A stretch of DNA of 64,000 nt, from the sequence record MK817115.1. One strand, written 5' to 3'. The notes beneath the pieces were generated by a model. The model worked only from the letters and a program-made list of their open reading frames with translations. It was not told the DNA's origin and made no database searches. The stretch's first letter is position 1. Each line of letters starts with the position of its first letter. Made by a program: the position numbers and the translations under genes. This document shows positions 20,211 to 29,658 of this stretch, one piece after another.

Positions 20211-20587
20211 CACTCTTCCCCTAGATTGAAATGATTACAAAAATCATCTTCACCAGTACTGCACCAGATATCTATACATTCCCTGTGAATACATTTAATT
20301 CTACGCTGTAATTCAATCATCTCTTCTAATGTACAGATGTACTTCTTATCAAATACTAATGCCGCCTGAAACAGTGCAGCATCATCAAGTACTGTATAGT
20401 CCAACATCTCGGTTGCTTTACCCCTAAACCCAGTACTAAAATCCATCAAATAAAAGTCAGCATTCCAGTACTTTAAAATCTTGTCCCTAGCGTAGTTTAA
20501 ATCACCCTTGTATAAGTTAGAGTGCGTAACTAACTCACCAGTGTACATCCATGTCCTTGCACAAAATTCATTATATTTTATTTCCAT
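20210..20587 (-). CDS. FQxS-family hypothetical protein
   Basis: DAALFQAALVFDK; start trimmed to MEIKYN. Confidence 0.85.
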   Translation of the reverse strand: MEIKYNEFCARTWMYTGELVTHSNLYKGDLNYARDKILKYWNADFYLMDFSTGFRGKATEMLDYTVLDDAALFQAALVFDKKYICTLEEMIELQRRIKCIHRECIDIWCSTGEDDFCNHFNLGEE

Positions 20588-20783
20588 CTTAATCTCTACT
20601 ATAATTAATAAGGTAAACTCCAATATAAGGAGCACGTTGCGGGGGCGGGGTATTTTTTGTTTCAGGAAACATGAACTGTACTCTGAAAAACACAATATAA
20701 AACTTTATATTAAACATATACCTTAGCATGTTTTTCAGCGGAAATTTTTTTGACCCCCTGCGGCCTGTCAAAACGAAACGTCT

Positions 20784-21008
20784 CTATTTATTCAGCCTAG
20801 AAACCTTGATTTCTTCAATCCTTTTCATTGCACAAAGCCTTCGACTCGTCCTCTCGTATATATTCAATACTCGCTGTAATGCATTATCTGTATTATCTGC
20901 AACTGCAATCTGAACCAAATATGTATCCTTCAAAATAGAATCCATCATGAATTCAAAACCTTTCACACTAAAGCAATATGCCACTTCCGGCTCTTCAAAC
21001 GTAATCAT
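20784..21008 (-). CDS. hypothetical protein
   Basis: 74 aa chained ORF. Confidence 0.7.
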   Translation of the reverse strand: MITFEEPEVAYCFSVKGFEFMMDSILKDTYLVQIAVADNTDNALQRVLNIYERTSRRLCAMKRIEEIKVSRLNK

Positions 21009-21198
21009 AATTCCAATCCCCTATTCCCTCTAACCTTCTAAGATATCTTGCGTAAATTATTTCGAAATATCTGTGCAACGAAATTACGGATTGCTCATAA
21101 TCATCATTCCTGTACATTGTGCATGTCAGAAAATCATTTAACCCAAAATCTAAACTGCACTTGAACTTCTCCTTAGCAACATCTCTAAAATTATTCAT
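20995..21198 (-). CDS. hypothetical protein
   Basis: 67 aa, GAGG RBS. Confidence 0.7.
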   Translation of the reverse strand: MNNFRDVAKEKFKCSLDFGLNDFLTCTMYRNDDYEQSVISLHRYFEIIYARYLRRLEGIGDWNYDYV

Positions 21199-21358
21199 AA
21201 TATGTCCTCTGTACAGCGTAGGTGTACTGTGAACTCAGCACCACTAATAGGTAATCTATATTGTAAGCACGATTTCCTCGTTGACTAGCACGGCTGGAAT
21301 AAAGAATATTATCCACATATGTATTGAACTGATCTTCAAATAACTCTTTCATCAGCAT
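21191..21358 (-). CDS. hypothetical protein (55 aa, below cutoff)
   Basis: Hand-translated MLMKELFEDQFNTY...; fills the gap exactly. Confidence 0.5.
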   Translation of the reverse strand: MLMKELFEDQFNTYVDNILYSSRASQRGNRAYNIDYLLVVLSSQYTYAVQRTYYE

Positions 21359-21380
21359 TATACCATCACATAATCATACA

Positions 21381-21932
21381 TCATACATTAACAACTTTAT
21401 CGATGTAATCTTCTAACATATCAATATATCTGGTATTGGTTCTAACTAAAAGGTATGCAAATCCAGAGAACTCCTGTGTATAATGCTTTACAGCGTACAT
21501 ACAACGAAGCTTATCATTGTCATACATTGTACTGTACTGAAACAAACTCTCGTCTGATAGCTCTAATAACGCTTGGGCTTCACTTCTCGTGAACTTCATA
21601 GGGTCATGTACTGCATCACAAAAACAAACCTGTGTCTCGCTATTGAAACCCTGTGATAGATATATACCTTCACACTCTGAACGCACCGATACTGCATTAT
21701 AACTATGTGTTGCCCCCATCATATCTGAACTCAAAACTAAAATCAACCCATTTTTATTTTTAATCAACAAATCTGACTTAAGGGATTTGATCTCCGTATG
21801 GGAAATATCACCAAATCTTCCTGGGACTTCAAACTTATCAACGTTGTATACAATCTTTTGTACTTGCTCTTTTAAACGCTTAATTGCACTTCTGTCTTTT
21901 TCTAATGTATCTAATAAACTCATTGAACTCAT
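21381..21932 (-). CDS. FQxS-family hypothetical protein
   Basis: DESLFQYSTM; start trimmed to MSSMS (AAGGA RBS). Confidence 0.85.
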   Translation of the reverse strand: MSSMSLLDTLEKDRSAIKRLKEQVQKIVYNVDKFEVPGRFGDISHTEIKSLKSDLLIKNKNGLILVLSSDMMGATHSYNAVSVRSECEGIYLSQGFNSETQVCFCDAVHDPMKFTRSEAQALLELSDESLFQYSTMYDNDKLRCMYAVKHYTQEFSGFAYLLVRTNTRYIDMLEDYIDKVVNV

Positions 21933-21942
21933 TGTACTTTCC

Positions 21943-22284
21943 TTACATATTTGTACCGAACAAAACGGAACTGCGAACGTCATTGATCGACAATTCATGT
22001 ACATATATATTTTGTCTGAACAAAGGAACTAATTGAACTAAACTTTGTTGCATAACAATATGCATATGTAAATTGTCATATGCCGTTTCGTATTGGAAAC
22101 GTGCTGCTTCATCTTCTATGAAATTAGGAACTTGGACTGGATTTTCAAAATTTGTTCTTGAACTGAACTGCACATCATTATCCTGTACTTTAATACCATA
22201 TGCATTATCATCATCATATACATCTAATTCAATTAAACTACCATCACTTTTTATGTTTACCACACAAACCGAAAATCGACTCAT
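21943..22284 (-). CDS. FQxS-family hypothetical protein
   Basis: EAARFQYETA. Confidence 0.8.
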   Translation of the reverse strand: MSRFSVCVVNIKSDGSLIELDVYDDDNAYGIKVQDNDVQFSSRTNFENPVQVPNFIEDEAARFQYETAYDNLHMHIVMQQSLVQLVPLFRQNIYVHELSINDVRSSVLFGTNM

Positions 22285-22796
22285 AAACCTATTTCCTCTA
22301 AATCTTTGACAAATGTATCATAATCCGATAATGACAAAAATATGTCTGTACTGATGTTTTGACGTAATGTATTAAACAAATTATGTACCTGTAATAAATC
22401 AGGTGCATAAATCAGGGATTGCTGGAAATACGATTCTTCTGTATCTAATATATCCCTGCACTCAATTTCACGAACTCGTTGGTATATTGAATTTAATAAT
22501 ACATTTTCATCTTTGAGCATTGGAAGGTATCTGATGTACATGTGCTCCATCAACTCATCCTGGATTGAACCCCTGAACTGCAACACGTATTCAAAACACA
22601 TCACTACATCTTGTAGGTAATTGGCACTGTAATTATTGCTGTAAACAATCTTATGACTTCTGAACTCATCATCATTTCTGAACCAATCGTCACCCACTTT
22701 GGTGTACTTATGACTAAGCTTCCCATCCTCCAACGCTCGAATGAACTTCATAATGTTAATTGCAAAATCATATGAATGATGCTTGTGTTGATGCAT
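22281..22796 (-). CDS. FQxS-family hypothetical protein
   Basis: EESYFQQSLI. Confidence 0.85.
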   Translation of the reverse strand: MHQHKHHSYDFAINIMKFIRALEDGKLSHKYTKVGDDWFRNDDEFRSHKIVYSNNYSANYLQDVVMCFEYVLQFRGSIQDELMEHMYIRYLPMLKDENVLLNSIYQRVREIECRDILDTEESYFQQSLIYAPDLLQVHNLFNTLRQNISTDIFLSLSDYDTFVKDLEEIGL

Positions 22797-22804
22797 TTTT
22801 TACC

Positions 22805-22999
22805 TCAATTCTGTCCGAAAAAATAACCAAAATGTTTAAAACAAGAAAGCATTACTATGTTCATCACTCTATCATCAAATTCATCTTGTGTTTCTGCACA
22901 TAATGTTTCACAGATATTCAAATGTAATAATTCAAGCTGGAAACTGTCGGTGAACCAATCAAACTTACGGTATTTTTGTTTAACATCAACTGTAAGCAT
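22805..22999 (-). CDS. hypothetical protein
   Basis: 64 aa chained ORF. Confidence 0.7.
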   Translation of the reverse strand: MLTVDVKQKYRKFDWFTDSFQLELLHLNICETLCAETQDEFDDRVMNIVMLSCFKHFGYFFGQN

Positions 23000-23000
23000 A

Positions 23001-23624
23001 CTATATATCCAACCCTTTTACAACATCTACGAAATGTTCAAACACTTCTTTTGAAAAATAACCACCTTCACAAAAAAGCATACTAAACGGTGGCAGCATG
23101 TCCGATAACTCTTTAGCTAAATTGATTTCTGCTCTTAACTCTTGAACATCAATGATATCATGTACTAACGATAATTGAAACATGAATGCATCTACATCTT
23201 CATTCATTTCTGAATTGTAATATAACTCTTCAGGGAATTTGTCGGTTTCGTAATAATAAAAAACTTTATTGTTGAACACACCACTAATAGGAACATCATT
23301 TTCATCTTTCTTTGAAATGTTTGTTTCCCATGACTCTATATTATTAGGAACAAAAAAATCATAGGCTGATTTTGAACCCTGTACTGAATCCAACTTTATT
23401 CCATAATATTCCGTATCCATGTATTTCTGCTGTAATGTAATACCACGTGTACTGACATTCACTTGGAATATATCATCTTTATCTGGAACACTAAATGGAA
23501 TACATAACACTGAATTCTCAGGGTATTTGGCAATGAATGCATCCAGCACTTTATTAAGCACCGGAATGGCAATTTTACTGTACTGCATCAAATCATACAT
23601 TTTAATTCTGGTCATATCATTCAC
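23001..23624 (-). CDS. FQxS-family hypothetical protein
   Basis: DAFMFQLSLV. Confidence 0.85.
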   Translation of the reverse strand: MNDMTRIKMYDLMQYSKIAIPVLNKVLDAFIAKYPENSVLCIPFSVPDKDDIFQVNVSTRGITLQQKYMDTEYYGIKLDSVQGSKSAYDFFVPNNIESWETNISKKDENDVPISGVFNNKVFYYYETDKFPEELYYNSEMNEDVDAFMFQLSLVHDIIDVQELRAEINLAKELSDMLPPFSMLFCEGGYFSKEVFEHFVDVVKGLDI

Positions 23625-24144
23625 CTGTGTATGTTTTCACCCTTAGCGATTCAAAATCCCATACATCACTGATTGTACCATTGTGCCTGTAATCATAATA
23701 TTCTACTAATACATTATACAATAACTTCAACGATACAAATTCATGATTCCACGGAGCTTTATTCTCATGAACACATTTGGTGATATAAGGTATAATATAT
23801 AAACTAAACAACACTAATGGTGAATGTATACATTGCATTTGAAAATATTCTTCTTCTTGCATACAATGCTCAGGAATAATCAATTCCGTATGTGACCCTA
23901 AGCTATACGAACCTGCTGTGTATTTTTTCGTATCACATGCGTACCATATTGTACTATCCGAAATAAATGGAATGATACCATTATTGTTTGCAATGTACAT
24001 CATATGGTAAGAGCGATTTGTCTTGTTAAATATCTCAATACTTTCGATATTACTACAAATCATGTATTCAATGCAATCAATAATCTTATCTTTAAATGCA
24101 CCAATTTCATTGAATGTCATTGATTTCTGCACTTCACTGCTCAT
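23617..24144 (-). CDS. FQxS-family hypothetical protein
   Basis: EEEYFQMQCI. Confidence 0.85.
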   Translation of the reverse strand: MSSEVQKSMTFNEIGAFKDKIIDCIEYMICSNIESIEIFNKTNRSYHMMYIANNNGIIPFISDSTIWYACDTKKYTAGSYSLGSHTELIIPEHCMQEEEYFQMQCIHSPLVLFSLYIIPYITKCVHENKAPWNHEFVSLKLLYNVLVEYYDYRHNGTISDVWDFESLRVKTYTGE

Positions 24145-24683
24145 ATGTTCTCCTTAAAAAAATTCAAATACTCTTCATTGAAAGCATATGTATCATCTTT
24201 TTTGTTATGCACCACATAATCATAAAGAGCTATGAATGCAGGGATTATGATCTTACATGATTTATTATTGTATTTGTACTGCTCCAAATCAACGGTGTTC
24301 AATTTAGCAATAAGCATAGCAGCAAAGATATCTTCATGGCGGTGTACTGTGCTGTACTGAAAATATTCATCCTCTCCAATATCGGGATGATATAACGGTA
24401 TAACCAAATTATTACGAATTGACATCTTATATTTTTGTAATGCAGCTAAATGTATGAACCACAATCTATCTTCATTGAAATATGGAAAAATAATTTTGTC
24501 TGTGCTAATAAAAATTTCTTCATTTCGATTATTTGTCACAAGAGGTGCATACATTTTAATTTTTGCAGATTTAATAATTAAATTAAAAATATAATGAATC
24601 TTATGAACTGCACTTGATGCATCTTCGTATGTACTTGGGATTATGAAACTCACTATATGTTCTCCTTTAAAATGAATACACAT
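24141..24683 (-). CDS. FQxS-family hypothetical protein
   Basis: EDEYFQYSTV; true start probably a downstream GTG after AGGAG. Confidence 0.85.
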   Translation of the reverse strand: MCIHFKGEHIVSFIIPSTYEDASSAVHKIHYIFNLIIKSAKIKMYAPLVTNNRNEEIFISTDKIIFPYFNEDRLWFIHLAALQKYKMSIRNNLVIPLYHPDIGEDEYFQYSTVHRHEDIFAAMLIAKLNTVDLEQYKYNNKSCKIIIPAFIALYDYVVHNKKDDTYAFNEEYLNFFKENI

Positions 24684-24748
24684 GATAACAGCTTTGGTCT
24701 TCTATGTCAATACCAAAACGAAAAAAGCCCATATCTTACGATACAGGC
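24682..24748 (-). promoter_or_regulatory. terminator followed by sigma70 promoter
   Basis: GCCTGTATC-GTAA-GATATGGGC-TTTTTT; TTGACA-17-TATCAT. Confidence 0.7.
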
Positions 24749-25242
24749 GTTCTGGGCATGTTGATTTGAATTTCATTGTACAAATCATCAATATATAGAC
24801 ATGAAAAAAATACACTATCTTGTACTATATTGTTGTGATAAAGCATTTTAAATACTACATAAAAAAATAAATCAATATCATCGTGGACTAAATTCTGCTG
24901 GAACCACCACTCGTCTGTTAAATCTTGTGCATTAAAATCATCAGGAACTTCAATGAACGACATATCACAATCTTCTTTGTACTCAAACCACATGTCGTCA
25001 TTCGGATAACGTTCATGCTTCTCTGGGTAACAATTGCTGGGATTAAATGTTAAAATATTAAACCCCGTAGAGCAACGTTCTTTATTTAAAAATGTATTAT
25101 TCCATACCTGATATTTTTCACCAACATCAAGCTCTTCTGTTACTGATTTTATTGCACATAATGTACTGTATATTGTTTCTATCTTGTGAACATATTTAAA
25201 TGCAGCATCTAAGCTGAACTCTAAATCATACATGTACTGCAT
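24736..25242 (-). CDS. FQxS-family hypothetical protein
   Basis: DEWWFQQNLV. Confidence 0.85.
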   Translation of the reverse strand: MQYMYDLEFSLDAAFKYVHKIETIYSTLCAIKSVTEELDVGEKYQVWNNTFLNKERCSTGFNILTFNPSNCYPEKHERYPNDDMWFEYKEDCDMSFIEVPDDFNAQDLTDEWWFQQNLVHDDIDLFFYVVFKMLYHNNIVQDSVFFSCLYIDDLYNEIQINMPRTPVS

Positions 25243-25562
25243 AAAATTACCTCAACTAAAGCAAGGACTGTATTGAATTCCACTATACTTGTAATTCCTT
25301 GAAGGTACATATACTTTGCTACTACATATTTCTGTACTAAATTATAATTATTAAATTCCTCAAAATTGTAATTTAGAACAAAATCTGTACTCAAAAATAT
25401 CTTATGCATCTCTAATGCACTTTGATAATACGCGTACAACTCACTGATATCAATACTGGTTAAATTATATTGTTCATATCTATGATACGGGATGGCTTCA
25501 ATTTCAATACTATAAAACCATTCTCTTAACTTATTAATATCAAATGTATTATTCAGCTTCAT
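25221..25562 (-). CDS. hypothetical protein
   Basis: 113 aa chained ORF. Confidence 0.75.
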   Translation of the reverse strand: MKLNNTFDINKLREWFYSIEIEAIPYHRYEQYNLTSIDISELYAYYQSALEMHKIFLSTDFVLNYNFEEFNNYNLVQKYVVAKYMYLQGITSIVEFNTVLALVEVILCSTCMI

Positions 25563-26115
25563 AACTCAATACCTCCATTAAACACTCATACACACCATCA
25601 ATCGCATAAGCACAAAAATTGAAATTAATTTTGTGATTCTTGTGTAATGGACTATTGTGTACTGTACTCATTATGACATTATAAAATAACAAACGCACTG
25701 GTACAAGCATTGAACCTTGGAAAAATTCTTCCTCTGATTTATATGTATTGTACTCTATTGTTTTGTTCGTTTCTTTATCATATGTTACCATTACTAATGG
25801 GGCATTTTTATTATACCATGCGTACTCTAAATCATTCTTTCCAATAACAGCACCAGGTGCGAAATCCAAAAGACCAATAACACTACGGGAATTTGGGGTA
25901 TCAGGTGTATTGAATCGTTTATCAAAATGACTCGTGCACGCAATATATGTATTGTACTTCGATGGAATAATACCAATACATTTGTGGAAATGACGCTTGT
26001 GATATTTCTGGGCATTATATAAGGCTGCAACAATACAAGCTAACTTTTGTCCCATAAGGATTGCATTAGCGTAGGTGTACTGAATTTCATTGCTGGTACG
26101 GTACTTCGAGGTCAT
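25549..26115 (-). CDS. FQxS-family hypothetical protein
   Basis: EEEFFQGSML. Confidence 0.85.
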   Translation of the reverse strand: MTSKYRTSNEIQYTYANAILMGQKLACIVAALYNAQKYHKRHFHKCIGIIPSKYNTYIACTSHFDKRFNTPDTPNSRSVIGLLDFAPGAVIGKNDLEYAWYNKNAPLVMVTYDKETNKTIEYNTYKSEEEFFQGSMLVPVRLLFYNVIMSTVHNSPLHKNHKINFNFCAYAIDGVYECLMEVLSYEAE

Positions 26116-26398
26116 AATATTTCCTTTGCCATATCATGGGCTTAAAATCAATAACAGCTTTCTGTATCTTTTTTAATAATAAGACATCATAACCACCCGT
26201 GTCAATCACTAATTGCTGTTGGAACAATTCTTCATCGGATAATGTATTGAAATCTACAAAATAATCTGTAACTATCGAATCATTTAAATGTGCCATGTAC
26301 CAACCTGAACTTCTTGAATAAATCAAATTCCACCCATCGTCATCATCTTCTAATTCAACATAAATCATATCTGGGGTATACATCATTTTATACTTCAT
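26087..26398 (-). CDS. FQxS-family hypothetical protein
   Basis: DEELFQQQLV. Confidence 0.85.
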   Translation of the reverse strand: MKYKMMYTPDMIYVELEDDDDGWNLIYSRSSGWYMAHLNDSIVTDYFVDFNTLSDEELFQQQLVIDTGGYDVLLLKKIQKAVIDFKPMIWQRKYYDLEVPYQQ

Positions 26399-26936
26399 AA
26401 CTATATCCTTGCATTAATAAATCATAAACTACATGGACTAAATTTAATTGAATATAAAATTTTAAACCTTTAATTAATGGATTCAAATGCATTGTACTGA
26501 ATAACATTAGATACATCATCTCATGCGGTTTTGTGATTAATGATTTTTGAAATACTTCAGCTTCATCATAAGGGTCTATGAACTGAAATTTGTCTTCATC
26601 ATAATTTGTATTGGAATGCTGATATATAAAATAATCATCATTGGTATTGTACCACAAATATCCTTCGAATCCTGTACTAACATCTTTGGTCAATGGGGAT
26701 GCTGATACTGGATTTGAACTGATTAATGCACCTACATCAACAATCCCCGTTGTATCATATTCGATTTCAACATCAATATCAATGTATTTCCTTGCGATAT
26801 CCGCGTTTATGGACAAATATAAACTACCACCTGTCCTCTGACTCAGGATTCCATCTATATGCGATATAGGATGGTTGTTATTGAGGATAAGCATTATTGT
26901 ACTTATCTTGTGTGCTAATAACTCTATCTCATTCAT
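26388..26936 (-). CDS. FQxS-family hypothetical protein
   Basis: EAEVFQKSLI. Confidence 0.85.
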   Translation of the reverse strand: MNEIELLAHKISTIMLILNNNHPISHIDGILSQRTGGSLYLSINADIARKYIDIDVEIEYDTTGIVDVGALISSNPVSASPLTKDVSTGFEGYLWYNTNDDYFIYQHSNTNYDEDKFQFIDPYDEAEVFQKSLITKPHEMMYLMLFSTMHLNPLIKGLKFYIQLNLVHVVYDLLMQGYSYEV

Positions 26937-27136
26937 AATTTACCTATCGATGGATACCTAGGATTTGTAGGATGTAAAATCCTGTCCTGTACTGAAAGGT
27001 GCTCAAATGTAATTAAACTCAAATAATAATCGTAATTATCAATACCACCCTTCAAATGTATATTGTAATACATCTTAATACTATCTAATAATGAATCCTG
27101 TAATGCATTTAATGTTATCGTATTAATCTTTTGCAT
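26933..27136 (-). CDS. hypothetical protein
   Basis: 67 aa chained ORF. Confidence 0.7.
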   Translation of the reverse strand: MQKINTITLNALQDSLLDSIKMYYNIHLKGGIDNYDYYLSLITFEHLSVQDRILHPTNPRYPSIGKL

Positions 27137-27284
27137 TAATGTTCTTCTCTTAAAAATCGTTTGATAGCATAATCTAAATAAAATTCATAACACATGCTAT
27201 CTCTGTTCTTTATCCATATTTTGTAATCGGATTTTATATTACGCAACAAATAATTTGTATTAATTGTGTAATAATCTAATCGCC

Positions 27285-27677
27285 CTAATCTTTCCATTTA
27301 ATAGGATACTCCTTTCCTTGTACTATATATGACAAAATCCATCCGTAATGAATAGGATGATTTTTGTCTGAATCAGGAATAAAATATAAAGCTGTACTTG
27401 GATTATGACTGAATAAATCTTTATTGTCAAATGTAAAATGTGATAATATAATTTTCCTTGCACTTGGACGAATAACATTCTTAACACTGAACTCTGAACC
27501 TTTGTATTTCTCCGATAATTCAAATAATGCATCTGTAATTAAATCACTGATCTCTTGGATTACAAAATTCTGATAAAATGCATTAATCTCTTTTAACTCT
27601 GTATACAATTCACTTCTGGTATTCAAAAGAAATATTACTTTTTTAAGATCCTGAACTATTTCTGGATTCATATTCAT
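27285..27677 (-). CDS. hypothetical protein
   Basis: 130 aa chained ORF. Confidence 0.75.
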   Translation of the reverse strand: MNMNPEIVQDLKKVIFLLNTRSELYTELKEINAFYQNFVIQEISDLITDALFELSEKYKGSEFSVKNVIRPSARKIILSHFTFDNKDLFSHNPSTALYFIPDSDKNHPIHYGWILSYIVQGKEYPIKWKD

Positions 27678-27909
27678 TTATCTCATTCTGTATCTTAAGC
27701 ATCAAAATTTGCATATTAATTTTTTGTACAAGGTGCTTGATAAATTTCTGTGCCATTTCTTCTTGTTCTTTTGTACCAAGATAAAATAACAGATTAAATT
27801 CTGATAATCGCAAAGAAAAATCTTCATCACCACCCTTTAAACAAAAATCCCTGTACTTTGTAGCGTACAAATATTGGTTTACCTTTTTATAATACCCTGT
27901 GTTTTGCAT
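27643..27909 (-). CDS. LGTxxQE-family small protein
   Basis: YLGTKEQEE. Confidence 0.85.
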   Translation of the reverse strand: MQNTGYYKKVNQYLYATKYRDFCLKGGDEDFSLRLSEFNLLFYLGTKEQEEMAQKFIKHLVQKINMQILMLKIQNEINEYESRNSSGS

Positions 27910-28097
27910 ACTATCTCCGTTCGCAACGAATTTATATAATAATGAACAAATTGTTCTTGTGAACGTGTTCCAAGAAAAATAAACATATCAAACTCTGTTG
28001 TTTTTAAATTCAATGCATCTTTTGTAAAATTCCTGTTGAATTCCCTGTACTTTTGGGTCTTCCATTCTTGATTAATTGTCTTGTATATCGATTTCAA
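27879..28097 (-). CDS. LGTxxQE-family small protein
   Basis: FLGTRSQEQ. Confidence 0.85.
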   Translation of the reverse strand: MKSIYKTINQEWKTQKYREFNRNFTKDALNLKTTEFDMFIFLGTRSQEQFVHYYINSLRTEIVCKTQGIIKR

Positions 28098-28398
28098 TGA
28101 TTCTCCCTGATGTACCTTGTATTAGCTTATCATACATATCGAGCATCACTTTTTGAATACTAATTAGTACTGGCATCGTGCAAATATCAATGTCGTATAC
28201 TAAGCTGTACTGGAATAATTCATCTTCCTGCATTTGTACTAAATTAGGTAAAGGATAATTGTCTGCCTCTTCATCCTGGTACTTGAAATGCATAACACCA
28301 TCCTTTTTGTACAAAAGAATGTCAATATCACCTAACTCATCAGCATAACCAAAAATACATATACTCGATGTTTTTGCTATATTAAATTTCATCTCCAC
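28072..28398 (-). CDS. FQxS-family hypothetical protein
   Basis: EDELFQYSLV. Confidence 0.85.
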   Translation of the reverse strand: MEMKFNIAKTSSICIFGYADELGDIDILLYKKDGVMHFKYQDEEADNYPLPNLVQMQEDELFQYSLVYDIDICTMPVLISIQKVMLDMYDKLIQGTSGRIIEIDIQDN

Positions 28399-28634
28399 CT
28401 CTCTCCGTCAGCACAAGAGTACTGGTACGTTGTCGTTAGGGTAGGGACCATGTTTGTAATGGGCATGTTGTTAACAATAACCGTAACAGGCATAAGAATC
28501 GTCTCTACTCTACTCTGTCCTGTCCTTGTGCAATTCATCTTCTGCATTTCATCTGAATCCATGAAATACAATACAAATGGTGCAATCCCAAGAACAATAC
28601 ACAAGACGATAAGGAAATTTAAAAAATTTAACAT
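28389..28634 (-). CDS. putative membrane-anchored protein
   Basis: N-terminal hydrophobic helix, two Cys. Confidence 0.75.
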   Translation of the reverse strand: MLNFLNFLIVLCIVLGIAPFVLYFMDSDEMQKMNCTRTGQSRVETILMPVTVIVNNMPITNMVPTLTTTYQYSCADGERWR

Positions 28635-28663
28635 AATTTTTACCCTATGATTAACGTTAGTGT

Positions 28664-28692
28664 ACTATATCAGTAATGAAAAGTACTGTCAA
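28664..28692 (-). promoter_or_regulatory. sigma70-type promoter
   Basis: TTGACA-17-TATAGT with AGTACT overlapping the -35/spacer. Confidence 0.65.
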
Positions 28693-28693
28693 G

Positions 28694-29098
28694 CTAGTAT
28701 TGCACTGTTCTAATGAAAGTACCTTTACTCATGGATTTAAGCTTATGAACCTCTTCCTGCATACCCTTAATTAACCCTAAAGGTATAGGTAAATCATGTA
28801 CTAAGCTGTACTGAAAGTATTCTTCTTCAGATAAAGTACTAACATCTGGAACGCCAATTTTAGTTATATAATCTTGATGTGTTGACCAATAAATTATATC
28901 TTCAGTACTATTGTACTCCCCATATACTGAACAATATTGATGAATATCTTTCCTGTACCCTTGAGCAATAAAGAACTTATCTAATGCATTACCAGCATTA
29001 ATAGAATTTACTTCGATTGTCACAGTACTTGAGCTTGTATAACTCTTAATATTATCAGTACTCTTAATACTCAACGATGTGTTCTTCATAATCACCAT
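28694..29098 (-). CDS. FQxS-family hypothetical protein
   Basis: EEEYFQYSLV. Confidence 0.85.
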   Translation of the reverse strand: MVIMKNTSLSIKSTDNIKSYTSSSTVTIEVNSINAGNALDKFFIAQGYRKDIHQYCSVYGEYNSTEDIIYWSTHQDYITKIGVPDVSTLSEEEYFQYSLVHDLPIPLGLIKGMQEEVHKLKSMSKGTFIRTVQY

Positions 29099-29408
29099 TA
29101 GGCTCCTGTTTAGATTCTTTCATTAGTACTATCATCTTATGTACTAATGGCATAGGAAACTCTAAATCCCATACTAATGATTCCTGAAAGTATTCCTCTG
29201 GTGATAAAGTACTTAAATCTTTAATATCAACGTGCTTGTATATTTTATTTTCGTAATTAACAAATGATATATATAAATCACTAACATAAGAATCATAGGT
29301 AATTGTGAATGGTTTACCCTTGTAATCCATTACATCTCTACATAGACTACTTTTGATATATGTATGTTCAAATGATTTATATACCTTGAGTTGTATATTA
29401 GTTTTCAT
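29064..29408 (-). CDS. FQxS-family hypothetical protein
   Basis: PEEYFQESLV. Confidence 0.85.
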   Translation of the reverse strand: MKTNIQLKVYKSFEHTYIKSSLCRDVMDYKGKPFTITYDSYVSDLYISFVNYENKIYKHVDIKDLSTLSPEEYFQESLVWDLEFPMPLVHKMIVLMKESKQEPNGDYEEHIVEY

Positions 29409-29658
29409 ATTTCTCTTTATTAGCTTGTTTGGTTTTATAGTGAATTAAATCTATTAATGTAATCAAGTACAACGTCAAATAGTACTCTTGTTGATCTGTA
29501 CCTAATGATACAAAGAACTTGTGCTCATAGATTAAAACCTGTTTCTCTTCAAATGGACATTTAATCCTCTGTATAGGCTTAAGTAAATGATAGTACTTAT
29601 TAAATCTATGATACATTTCTAGTTCTGTCAGTACTTTCATATTAAACACATACTCCAT
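29398..29658 (-). CDS. LGTxxQE-family small protein
   Basis: SLGTDQQE. Confidence 0.85.
   Translation of the reverse strand: MEYVFNMKVLTELEMYHRFNKYYHLLKPIQRIKCPFEEKQVLIYEHKFFVSLGTDQQEYYLTLYLITLIDLIHYKTKQANKEKYEN

Noticed and set aside
217-27677. ORFs 217, 9164, 16019, 25221, 26933 and 27285 as FQxS members
   Set aside because: No convincing motif; left as unassigned hypotheticals.
733-29408. FQYS codons as the cause of AGTACT enrichment
   Set aside because: The motif mostly gives CAGTACAG or other codons, and the site is denser in the early/regulatory stretch that has no FQxS genes.
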